From a virus (lineage: Duplodnaviria; Caudoviricetes): 64,000 nucleotides of DNA. The stretch lies in the IMG/VR virus record IMGVR_UViG_3300022661_000051; one strand, written 5' to 3'. Below are positions 9,614 through 18,241 of this stretch, piece after piece. How positions within the stretch are numbered: position 1 is the first letter of the stretch; every line of letters begins with the position of its first letter. The notes under the pieces were generated by a model that worked only from the letters and a program-made list of their open reading frames with translations, was not told the DNA's origin and ran no database searches. The translations under genes and the position numbers were made by a program.

Positions 9614-11047
9614 CTATCCAGAAATATTATCTTCTGAAAAAGGTGTCGGTGTTATATTTTTATTGGTTCCGAATCTTACCTTTGAATCATTATTGTTCTG
9701 GCGTGGAGCAGGATCCGTTACTGAAACCTTTTCAGCTGTTGGTGTAGATGAAACATTTTCAGAAGGTTTGCAATTCTGGGTAGTTCCGAATCTTCTTCTG
9801 TTACGTTTATTACCATCACCGCTGTTATTCAGAGCAGATACTGTACTTGTAGATTCGTTCTTATTAGCAGTAATAACGATGCTGTCGCTAACATTATTAG
9901 TTACAATACTGTGATGGTCTTTGATTGATATATCATCCATATCAAGTGCATTAAGACCGCTGATAATAGAATTATCATTCGACACTACCTGCTGATGCTG
10001 ATCCTTTAATCTTTCATACATTTTAGTGATCTCGTCCAATGGAAAATCAAGACCAGAAGCTATGATACGGATGAACTCGCCCTTAGATCTATCATTCTGT
10101 TTATGAACAAAAAGTTCCTGAGCGACGTTTCCAAGGCAGAGTCTTTCCTTAATAATAGCAAATGATGTATCGATAATATTAAGACGACTATCGTCGATGT
10201 TAATATATATCGCAACCTTTTTAGCAGTTGGTTTGAAAGGAAGATCAAGAGACTGATCGATTGCTGTTCCGATCCAAGTATTAAAGTTTTTTGCCGAGTT
10301 TAATACCTGCTTAAGATTGATTTCGAAACAAACAAGAAGATCTTTATTTGTTATAACCTTAAAATGGTCAGTATCATCAATATTAGTATCTGAATCGATT
10401 ATTCCATCAGCTTTAATCGCAGCAACCGATTTAGCAATACTTTCATTGATGTTGTCTTCCATATTGAAGATAGTTTCTCCGTCGGAACCCAAACCATTAT
10501 CATTATACTTTTTGTTAGATACTGTATGAATCGTATAATTCTTACCAGCAATATCTTTATAGTAGTTAATAGTATTCTGAACACCTCTAAGATCAGATTC
10601 CCATCCAGATATAGCTGTGATTATAATCGGAACTTTTGCCCAATTACCTTCTCCTACTTCATACATAAGAGCCTGATCGAGATATTCTGCGAGGACAACA
10701 GATGCTCCACTACCTGACGCACCCTCTGTTGTTGACATAATATGAATAAAATCGGCATTCTCGAGATTATCAAGAAGCTCTTCAATTTTATCCGGATTAT
10801 TATCGATGTATTCTTTCATAAGAATTTTAGCATTCTCTCTTACCTTGCCACAACCAGCATCTTTATTGTTAGAGATGATTATATTCTGAACTCCAGATTT
10901 GCCGCCTTCTCTATAATCAACAGGGATATCCTTAGTTGTAGAGTTAACGATAATACATTCTTCTGGTTTGAGAATACCTTTTTCGATACATTTGATCATT
11001 GCCTTTGTAGCGCCCTGACCACATGCAATTGTAAAACTTTTAAGCAT
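9614..11047 (-). CDS. Tubulin/FtsZ-family GTPase (PhuZ/TubZ-like)
   Basis: IACGQGA, DAGCGK (T3), TEGASGSG (signature loop), NIDDTD (T7 NxDxxD), long disordered C-terminal tail. Confidence 0.85.
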   Translation of the reverse strand: MLKSFTIACGQGATKAMIKCIEKGILKPEECIIVNSTTKDIPVDYREGGKSGVQNIIISNNKDAGCGKVRENAKILMKEYIDNNPDKIEELLDNLENADFIHIMSTTEGASGSGASVVLAEYLDQALMYEVGEGNWAKVPIIITAISGWESDLRGVQNTINYYKDIAGKNYTIHTVSNKKYNDNGLGSDGETIFNMEDNINESIAKSVAAIKADGIIDSDTNIDDTDHFKVITNKDLLVCFEINLKQVLNSAKNFNTWIGTAIDQSLDLPFKPTAKKVAIYINIDDSRLNIIDTSFAIIKERLCLGNVAQELFVHKQNDRSKGEFIRIIASGLDFPLDEITKMYERLKDQHQQVVSNDNSIISGLNALDMDDISIKDHHSIVTNNVSDSIVITANKNESTSTVSALNNSGDGNKRNRRRFGTTQNCKPSENVSSTPTAEKVSVTDPAPRQNNNDSKVRFGTNKNITPTPFSEDNISG

Positions 11048-11058
11048 TTTGCTCCTCC

Positions 11059-11190
11059 TTATTCGTCGTCATCTTCATCATTTTCAAGTTTAGCCTTTTC
11101 AGCTTCAGTTAAAGGCTTAAATCCAAACTGACCTACAACGTAGCCCTGTTCGTTGATTACACCTTCAGGAATGTTATTCTTATTATCCAT
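11059..11190 (-). CDS. Small acidic protein (43 aa) co-transcribed with tubulin
   Basis: Not in track. MDNKNNIPEGVINEQGYVVGQFGFKPLTEAEKAKLENDEDDDE with GAGGAGG SD; stop abuts the tubulin SD; promoter at 11229-11240. Confidence 0.75.
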   Translation of the reverse strand: MDNKNNIPEGVINEQGYVVGQFGFKPLTEAEKAKLENDEDDDE

Positions 11191-11249
11191 TATATAATAC
11201 CTCCTCTATAATATTTTCCGTATAGGATTATAATTAAGTTAAGCTTATA

Positions 11250-11975
11250 TTACTTTTCGATCCTCTTCTTACGATTTGCGAGAGTATACGGCGTCATATA
11301 ATCCTGTTCAATAAGGTTACTCATAAGACCTGCGCCTATAAGATATACATCGACGGTCGTTCTAGCAACCTGTGCTGATGGAGTAGAATCAAGATCTTTG
11401 AGAGATACCTGACCAGTAGTATTGATCATATTATACATTTTGTTCTTAGCTTCGATATCATCGGCTTTTGCTCTTGTCATTTCTTTAATAGTATCATTCA
11501 TATTCTGAAGAACAAGCGTTTCAAGCTCTCTGTCCGATTCAACGCCTTTAGAATTTCCGACAATATGATATGTTTTAGGATTTCTGGCAGTGATATCAGT
11601 ATTATAACCTGATTTCTTAGTTACAAACTGTTTAAGTTTCTTATAGCTCATATAACCAACAAGAGCTTCATGAGTAGTAGTAACAGGAACACCGTCAGAA
11701 TTTTTATATAACTGAGCGCATGTTACCTTTTCTGTAGCGGGAACATTGATGGCTTTCAAACCATCAAGACATTTCTTTGGAGTTAGTTCTCTTTCGAAAA
11801 TTGTCTGCTGTAGACGAAACGGAAGTCTCCTCTTGCAGAATGCGAGGAATTGATCGTCCGACATTTTAGAGAATAATTGTTTATAGAATTCACTATTAGC
11901 TTTTGAAGGATCTATAGCGTCAAATGCTTTATAGATCAAAGCTTCTGCTTTCTTACGATTAGCGTTCATAAGCAT
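11250..11975 (-). CDS. Virion RNA polymerase beta C-terminal subunit (separately encoded extreme C-terminus)
   Basis: VGYMSYKKLKQ...SDRELETL...KEMTRAKADD...KMYNMI...VYLIGAGL parallels RpoB GYMYMLKL...GEME...EMLTVKSDD; late-type promoter 11996-12007. Confidence 0.7.
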   Translation of the reverse strand: MLMNANRKKAEALIYKAFDAIDPSKANSEFYKQLFSKMSDDQFLAFCKRRLPFRLQQTIFERELTPKKCLDGLKAINVPATEKVTCAQLYKNSDGVPVTTTHEALVGYMSYKKLKQFVTKKSGYNTDITARNPKTYHIVGNSKGVESDRELETLVLQNMNDTIKEMTRAKADDIEAKNKMYNMINTTGQVSLKDLDSTPSAQVARTTVDVYLIGAGLMSNLIEQDYMTPYTLANRKKRIEK

Positions 11976-12034
11976 TCCTCCTTCTAAGGATGTTTTAATG
12001 TATTGTTAATTTTGTAAAACTTCATATTTTCAGA

Positions 12035-12044
12035 CATATATAAT
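12035..12044 (+). promoter_or_regulatory. Putative early promoter (CATATATAAT variant)
   Basis: Variant of the recurring early motif upstream of the anti-CRISPR gene. Confidence 0.5.
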
Positions 12045-12050
12045 TATAGT

Positions 12051-12167
12051 GAATAAGGAATAATAAATCTTTCATACCTTATTCTCATAGACTTTCTGCA
12101 GTGAAGTCTATGAACCTTAAGTCCCGACTAGTCATCGGGCCGCCTTCGGGCGAGGGCTGGGAGGCCC
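12051..12167 (+). promoter_or_regulatory. Highly structured 5' leader of acrIII-1, five hairpins with the SD in the last
   Basis: GAATAAGG/CCTTATTC; TCATAGACTT/AAGTCTATGA; CCCGA/TCGGG; CGCC-TTCG-GGCG; GGGCT-GGGA-GGCCC containing GGGAGG. Confidence 0.55.
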
Positions 12168-12175
12168 AAATTTTT

Positions 12176-12562
12176 ATGATTATATTTGATACTATCACTA
12201 TAGCAAATTCGTTTTCGCTAAACATGCTCCCAAAAGGAGACTACGATCATACATTTAGTATGATCGAAGTAACTCTCGAGAAGGCTCGAGAGTTACTAGT
12301 CTCTGCAGCGGAGATCAAGAGCTGTGTCGGCCATGCTGACACAGCAAATGTATTCAGTACCATGCTGAATACAGAAGTGAAGCAAAATCGAACAAATTAC
12401 ATTATGGACCCGGATAAAAGAGCTTTCGGGTCAACAAAAGAAATTCTGCTCGTGGGGCAGTATTCTGGCCCGAGACTCCCAGAGGGGGCTACACAGCTCC
12501 CAGAGGGAGCAGAGATCAGATGGTTTGTAATAGACTTTTACTGGGAGTATCAGCCGATATAA
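12176..12562 (+). CDS. acrIII-1: AcrIII-1 family (DUF1874/YddF/STIV B116) cyclic tetra-adenylate ring nuclease, anti-CRISPR
   Basis: NSFSLNML, catalytic GH (SCVGHADT), NR, Q...RLPEG motifs of DUF1874; start refined to ATG 12176 after GGGAGG. Confidence 0.85.
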   Translation: MIIFDTITIANSFSLNMLPKGDYDHTFSMIEVTLEKARELLVSAAEIKSCVGHADTANVFSTMLNTEVKQNRTNYIMDPDKRAFGSTKEILLVGQYSGPRLPEGATQLPEGAEIRWFVIDFYWEYQPI

Positions 12563-12584
12563 AGGCTGTCTCCTAGTAAAAGTC

Positions 12585-12616
12585 AAGAAAGGGGTCCTTT
12601 GGACCTCTTTCTTTTT
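12585..12616 (+). terminator. Intrinsic terminator
   Basis: AAGAAAGGGGTCC-ttt-GGACCTCTTTCTT followed by a T-run. Confidence 0.75.
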
Positions 12617-12673
12617 TACGATTTTTCTTTTTTGAACTTTTTAATAATCTATACTAAATTGGAGGTGCTCAAA

Positions 12674-13855
12674 ATGGCCGAAAAAAGTACAATGGTAATA
12701 GATAAAGAGATCTATCCGGTAGTACAATCTACATTGAATAAGTCTCTCAATAAATTTAAAGCAATGATGAGTAAATTTTTTACTACGAGAAATTCTGGAC
12801 TTTATGATACATTCCCAGCAACTCGTATGATGTATGGTCAGCAAGATGCTGACGAACTCTACTCTGTATTTGGTGTTAATGAAAAAGACCTTGCTGAAAA
12901 GATTTCTCGTACATATTATGGCAAGATAGCCAACTTCAATCCAAGAGCAGCAAAAAACCCTGTTACTATTCTTGGTATGTGTATGATAAAGCACTTTGTT
13001 AATAAGAAGGATACAAAGAATCTAGAACTTTCAATGATATATTTATCATTCTCCGGAAATTTCTATCCTTCTATTCATTATGGAACTTATCCATCAGCGG
13101 TTCCAGCAGACTATAGATTCGTTTGCGATTATGTTGTAAATAATGATCTTACAAATAAATTTGATCTTAAAGCCGAAGGCAATGTTATTGGTGCTATAAA
13201 GTCTATCTGTAATACATGGGTTAGTTCTTACGACAAGATGTTTAAAAGCCCGACAGAAGACGAAGATTATGTTTATCTTATTCAACAGCTTCATACAAGA
13301 ATCAAATCTTTTATGAAGAAAACAGCAGAAGCATATTACAGATGCTATAACAACAGAGATTATCTGACATATGACTCTGATGATATGAGTCAAGATAGTT
13401 TCCGTCTTACTGAAAACGATTCTCAGAAAATAACAACTGTATCGCAGAGAGCTATGACTTACATTACATCCCATGATGTAGACTATAGACTCTGTAAAAT
13501 GTGTTCAGATCAGAACGTTAAAACTGATGAAATCAAATCGATTATAGAATCAATAGTAAAGAATACGGAAAACATTGATACAGTAAATGAGCTTTGTTCT
13601 TTAATCGTAGCATCTTACTTTGAAAAGAGTAAGACTAAAGATGTTCGAGATATAGAGTTTATTTCTTATACTATAAAGGCTAAACCTAATACAAAAAATC
13701 AAAACATTCTCCGCCAGCAGGAGATTATTGATAAACTGCTGAGTGAGAATAGTATGGCATATAATAGACGTAAAGGTCGAGAAGCAACAAGATTAAGTTA
13801 TAATCGAGCTATGCTCGCATACTTTGCGCTAATAATCAACCAGTCAAATAAGTAA
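12674..13855 (+). CDS. Hypothetical late protein
   Basis: Start refined to ATG 12674 after GGAGG; late-type promoter 12635-12646. Confidence 0.8.
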   Translation: MAEKSTMVIDKEIYPVVQSTLNKSLNKFKAMMSKFFTTRNSGLYDTFPATRMMYGQQDADELYSVFGVNEKDLAEKISRTYYGKIANFNPRAAKNPVTILGMCMIKHFVNKKDTKNLELSMIYLSFSGNFYPSIHYGTYPSAVPADYRFVCDYVVNNDLTNKFDLKAEGNVIGAIKSICNTWVSSYDKMFKSPTEDEDYVYLIQQLHTRIKSFMKKTAEAYYRCYNNRDYLTYDSDDMSQDSFRLTENDSQKITTVSQRAMTYITSHDVDYRLCKMCSDQNVKTDEIKSIIESIVKNTENIDTVNELCSLIVASYFEKSKTKDVRDIEFISYTIKAKPNTKNQNILRQQEIIDKLLSENSMAYNRRKGREATRLSYNRAMLAYFALIINQSNK

Positions 13856-13868
13856 GGGAGGCATAGAA

Positions 13869-15203
13869 GTGGGTTTATTCACTGACAATATAGATTCTTC
13901 AGAAGTATTAAACGAAGTCTACTTCGGTCAAACTCCTGGAATAACAAAAGTTTTTGAGGCTTTTTCTGCATTTCGTTCGAAATACGTCAATAGCAGAAAA
14001 GTTCTTGTTGGTAATATAGATGCAGATCACGATCCTCTTCTCGGAAAGTTCATATCTGAAGTTGAAAGGGAGTTTGGATTTTATTCCTTCTCGTTTGTAT
14101 GTCAATTTAACGACGAAGTAAATATGTGCACTATTGTACCATTCTTTAGAGGTTCAGACCCAAAGAAATGTGTTCAGATATCTAAAGACGGATTCAAGTT
14201 TAAAAAAGAAGCAGAAGTATCTGGCTTAACAATAGCTCCGGCTGGTATGTTATTATCTGAAGATTATACTGACCGTGAGATGTTTGCTATATTCCTTCAT
14301 GAGATAGGTCACAACTTCCAAGATTTCTTAAACGGAACTATTATGAGTTGTAAAACGGTTAATGATATGCTCCTTATCTACGGTCTTATAGTAGAAGCTT
14401 GTATCAGACCTGTCGCATTTATAAAAGATGTAGCTACACTTTCAATAGTAAATAATTATTCATTGAAAATTCTATCTAAGGCATTCAATAAAATATCTAT
14501 CTCTCAGAATAGAACATTCATATCATATATAAATTTTGTTGGTGGTATATGTAGCATCGCAACCTCCACAGTAAAACAAGTACTAGGTCTCGCCACATTA
14601 CCGATTATGTTAATATATGCAGCGGTTCGTGAATTAATCGGATCTGTTATGAATCCTGTTCAAACCGTACGCGGTTATTTAGGAGAAAAATTTTCTGATG
14701 ATTTTCCATCATATTATGGCTTCGGACCTGATATAACATCGGCTTTACGAAAGTTAGGTATTATTGATGGAACAAAAACTGGCGTATTGTACGCTGTAGA
14801 TAAGATTCCTCTTATATCTCATTTCTACAATTTATTGCTCTTACCTGGAACTATTCTTTTGGAAATTTCAGATTGTCATCCGTCATCTCCAGCGAGAGTT
14901 AAAGGTGTAGTAAATTCAATGAGACATGATCTCCAAAACCCATCATTATCACCAAAGCTTAAAGCTCAATTAAAGAAAGAACTGGATTTGGTAGAGTCAC
15001 AAACTGAGGATTATTATAATAATCTGAAGAAAACAGATCCTGCTTTCTTAAAGAAGGTTTTCGATAAGTATATCTTCTATGCTTGTGATGGAGGAGCTAA
15101 ACATAAATTCTTTACGAAGGTATTTGACTTTGAAAATGATAATACAAAATCGGCTAATAACCTTCGTGAACAGTCCTTTATTGCAAACATAGAAGTTAAA
15201 TAA
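13869..15203 (+). CDS. Zn metalloprotease-like (HExxH) protein, probably virion-packaged
   Basis: AIFLHEIGH, downstream E..SD and HP...R (M48-like); hydrophobic central helices; VLNE and NLRE putative head-protease sites near the termini. Confidence 0.65.
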   Translation: MGLFTDNIDSSEVLNEVYFGQTPGITKVFEAFSAFRSKYVNSRKVLVGNIDADHDPLLGKFISEVEREFGFYSFSFVCQFNDEVNMCTIVPFFRGSDPKKCVQISKDGFKFKKEAEVSGLTIAPAGMLLSEDYTDREMFAIFLHEIGHNFQDFLNGTIMSCKTVNDMLLIYGLIVEACIRPVAFIKDVATLSIVNNYSLKILSKAFNKISISQNRTFISYINFVGGICSIATSTVKQVLGLATLPIMLIYAAVRELIGSVMNPVQTVRGYLGEKFSDDFPSYYGFGPDITSALRKLGIIDGTKTGVLYAVDKIPLISHFYNLLLLPGTILLEISDCHPSSPARVKGVVNSMRHDLQNPSLSPKLKAQLKKELDLVESQTEDYYNNLKKTDPAFLKKVFDKYIFYACDGGAKHKFFTKVFDFENDNTKSANNLREQSFIANIEVK

Positions 15204-15245
15204 TGGAACTTTTAAATAAAAATAATTATTAAAGGAGGTATTCAT

Positions 15246-16040
15246 ATGCCATTCAATTTCAGAGCATTCCTCGAAGGCGACGATGAGGAAGAAAAGAAAA
15301 AGAAGTCTGATGAGGACGAAGACGAAGATGACGACCTCGATGACGATGATGATAAAGACGACGATGACGATGATTCTACAGATAATGATTATTTAGGCGG
15401 AGCTGACGATGATGATGAATCTGGGAGTAATGATGACGATGATTCAGACTCTGGTTCTACTGATAATGATTATCTTGGTGGCGACGATAGTGTCGGAGGT
15501 ATTGAAGGTGATAATGACGATATTTCCGCAGGCGATTCTGATACTGGCGATACTGGCGCTTTTGATAAGCTCGCTAAGGTAGTATACGCAACAATCGTTG
15601 GAATCAATAACTTCCGTCATATTCATTTCCATTGTTCAGGTCCTCATTTTAAGGACATTCATTCTCTTACCGACGGCATTTATTCACAGTTCGTTTGGTA
15701 TATCGATGGACTCGCAGAACTCACTCTTCAGGGTAAGGGTATGAAGCTCGACAACTTCTGTAATTCTCATCAGTACGTTGCTGAAATCGATATCGAGACT
15801 GAAAGTGATTACAATTTTGAGGCGGCATGTACAGCATGTGCTAATACACTCAAGCATCTCTTGAATATCTATAAAGATGCAAGAGATGCGTTTACTGATA
15901 GACCTGATATTCAGAGTAGTCTTGATGAGAAGATAAGTCTTATTAATAAGAATCTTAACTACAGCATTGAAAGAAGACTGGCCGGATCTGGCGGATCAGT
16001 AGAAGAATCATGTAACTTTTTCAACTTTGACGTAAAATAA
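15246..16040 (+). CDS. Dps/ferritin-like protein with long acidic N-terminal region
   Basis: HIHFHCSGPHFKDIH...IDGLAE matches the Dps H-x11-H...D-x3-E ferroxidase pattern; ~100-aa D/E-rich N-terminus; promoter 15207-15218. Confidence 0.75.
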   Translation: MPFNFRAFLEGDDEEEKKKKSDEDEDEDDDLDDDDDKDDDDDDSTDNDYLGGADDDDESGSNDDDDSDSGSTDNDYLGGDDSVGGIEGDNDDISAGDSDTGDTGAFDKLAKVVYATIVGINNFRHIHFHCSGPHFKDIHSLTDGIYSQFVWYIDGLAELTLQGKGMKLDNFCNSHQYVAEIDIETESDYNFEAACTACANTLKHLLNIYKDARDAFTDRPDIQSSLDEKISLINKNLNYSIERRLAGSGGSVEESCNFFNFDVK

Positions 16041-16041
16041 A

Positions 16042-16453
16042 AGAAAGGACCCCGCAGGAATATCCTGCGGGGTTGGTTACATTCACATTGATGAAAAAAT
16101 AAATACTTTCATTTGATAGCTTTTCCGTGATAGAAATTTAGAATTATGTACAAAGTACCGATAAATAGTAGGTAGCGTAAGATTTATACGCTTTCCCTCA
16201 TTCAGTTGTTTGATTTCTCATTATGGCCGTTAATGAGAAAATCTGAAATGGTGTAAGTTGGATTTTGATTTGAGCAATCTTATTTGTTTGTAGTGTTGTT
16301 ATATAACAATCAGTAATAGATTTATAAAGCTGGAAAGCATGTAATGTCCTCTTATGTATAAAGAACTGAAAGCAAATGGATTGATGAGTTCTTTACTTTA
16401 TTTCGGTCTTAGACCCGTGACTCGTATCTTAACAGTCGATTTATAAACCTATT
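16042..16453 (-). ncRNA. Putative ~410-nt structured non-coding RNA
   Basis: Late promoter AACA-TATAAG-TA (16453-16464). The 5' end pairs with 16315-16328 using a G-U wobble only on the minus strand. Several internal hairpins, terminator at the end, no ORF >60 aa. Confidence 0.55.
16049..16073. terminator. Bidirectional terminator hairpin
   Basis: ACCCCGCAGGA-ata-TCCTGCGGGGT between the dps-like gene and the convergent ncRNA. Confidence 0.75.
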
Positions 16454-16479
16454 ACTTATATGTTACCGTATGTTATTTT

Positions 16480-16992
16480 TTATCTAGCCCAGTCAGGACA
16501 AGGAGCAGATACTGTAAGTCCTTCATGTGCAGGAACCTTTGTTTCTGCCTTAACATAACCGCCGTCAACCTTTTTAGGATATCTCTTAACAGACTCAGGA
16601 ACGTCCTTAAGCTGAATAGAGATGTTTGACTTTTCTGTACCGCCGAGATTAATCTTACGGCCTGTTCTGAGATATGTATTTGTGAAGTCCTTAGAAAGTG
16701 CAATCATTGTTTCTGCATCGCTCTTCTTAGCCTCATAAGACTCAACAAGATTTTCAGCTTCAGCCTTAGAGATTTTTGCCGTTGCAGAAACTACATTGCT
16801 GAGCATGCTTCTGTATTCCTGTGCAGGGCAGTGTTCTGATGTGCCGGAATTTGTGAATGTTGTTACCTTAAAATCCTTATCATTGAGCATTGCTCTCATA
16901 ACAGCAACTTCATCTTTATTTGAAGCTGATGCCTGTGAAAGGTTCTCCTTAATGTTTTTGATAAGATCCGCTGTTTTCATGATTTCTGACAT
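16480..16992 (-). CDS. HU/IHF-like DNA-binding protein
   Basis: Helical N-terminus then GRKINLGG...IQLKDVPE...KVPAH beta-arm pattern of HU. Confidence 0.5.
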   Translation of the reverse strand: MSEIMKTADLIKNIKENLSQASASNKDEVAVMRAMLNDKDFKVTTFTNSGTSEHCPAQEYRSMLSNVVSATAKISKAEAENLVESYEAKKSDAETMIALSKDFTNTYLRTGRKINLGGTEKSNISIQLKDVPESVKRYPKKVDGGYVKAETKVPAHEGLTVSAPCPDWAR

Positions 16993-17005
16993 ATTAGTGT
17001 CCTCC

Positions 17006-17197
17006 TTAAGATATTAATAATAAGTGTTTGTTCCCGTCTGTAATCTTTACAAATGCGGGAATCGGTTTAACTACCGGTTTACCATTCTTCTTGATAAACT
17101 CATTGATCTCTATATCTGTCATTGATAACAGAGTATTTATAAATTCATCCCTAGAATGGGGAATACCGATATCTTTTGATTTGCTTTTAATAGCCAT
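17006..17197 (-). CDS. Small hypothetical protein carrying a PAFVK motif
   Basis: 63 aa, AGGAGG SD, late promoter 17236-17247. Confidence 0.75.
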   Translation of the reverse strand: MAIKSKSKDIGIPHSRDEFINTLLSMTDIEINEFIKKNGKPVVKPIPAFVKITDGNKHLLLIS

Positions 17198-17293
17198 CTT
17201 AAAACCTCCTAAATAGATGTAATTAGGATCGATTTTACTATAATGTTACTCATGTAGTAATTTATAATTACCCAGTTGTACCGTTTAAGATAA

Positions 17294-17305
17294 AACATTA
17301 TATTA
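17294..17305 (+). promoter_or_regulatory. Putative late promoter AACA-TTATAT-TA
   Basis: Exact AR9-like late consensus upstream of the prohead protease. Confidence 0.65.
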
Positions 17306-17333
17306 ATTAATTAAAATATAAGGGGGCTTTTAT

Positions 17334-18209
17334 ATGTCATCAAATACATGTATCGGCTATGTATTACATGAAGCCGTTACCGAAACAGAAGCTACTATTC
17401 TTGATACAAAAAATGGCAAGCCTTACGCTACCGGAATTCTTCAGGATCTTGGAGTCGAAAATAGAAACGGAAGAATATATGAAACTTCGGAAATGAAACC
17501 TGAAGTTGAAGGAGACCGTATTCAGAAAGAGCTTATTCCTTATGGATATATGAGAGGTCATGCCGGACATCCGTCAACCTCAGATCTTTCTATTCAGTCT
17601 ACTATCGATCCTAAACTCTGCTGTGTTCAGTTTGATAAAATATGGATGGATGGTAACCTTATCAGAGCAAACTACCATGGAACTAATAATGAATACGGTA
17701 GAGCATTCTCAGAAGATCTTCTCGAGGGTTGCTTCCCAGCATTTAGTTTAAGAGCACTAGGTTCTGTGGACCGTTCTAGAAACGGAAAGTGCTATGTAAG
17801 AAATCTTCGTATTATTACATGGGATCATGTAATTTATCCTTCACATAAGAGAGCATATACAGAAAAGCTTATCGATGCTAAGGATGCTAGAGGTACAATC
17901 AAAGAATCAGCTATCATCCTTCCAAACGATCCAAGAGCTAAATTCCATAAGGCTTGTATGATTGAAGAAGCAACAGCTTCGGACGGTAATGTAATTCCTA
18001 TAATGAATCAGCAGGTTGTAGATTACGTTAAGAGTGAATCTGCAAATATCAAGTCTATTATAAACACATTTGATACTCTTTACGAATCAGCTATTCTTGT
18101 AAATAACGGCAAGGCTGTATCCCTCAAGATTAAAGGTGGAGATACAATTATAGTAAATCTTGAATCTTATATTCAGGACGAAATTATGAACTGGTGTTAT
18201 AATAACTAA
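17334..18209 (+). CDS. Prohead core protease (T4 gp21/S77-like)
   Basis: ENRNGRIY, GHAGHP, FSLRALGS, ITWDHVIYPS; C-terminal tail with several xxES/A self-cleavage sites. Confidence 0.9.
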   Translation: MSSNTCIGYVLHEAVTETEATILDTKNGKPYATGILQDLGVENRNGRIYETSEMKPEVEGDRIQKELIPYGYMRGHAGHPSTSDLSIQSTIDPKLCCVQFDKIWMDGNLIRANYHGTNNEYGRAFSEDLLEGCFPAFSLRALGSVDRSRNGKCYVRNLRIITWDHVIYPSHKRAYTEKLIDAKDARGTIKESAIILPNDPRAKFHKACMIEEATASDGNVIPIMNQQVVDYVKSESANIKSIINTFDTLYESAILVNNGKAVSLKIKGGDTIIVNLESYIQDEIMNWCYNN

Positions 18210-18217
18210 AAATAAAG

Positions 18218-18241
18218 GTAGGGTGCGTAATCGCACCCTAC
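18218..18241. terminator. Bidirectional terminator between convergent genes
   Basis: GTAGGGTGCG-taat-CGCACCCTAC. Confidence 0.7.
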
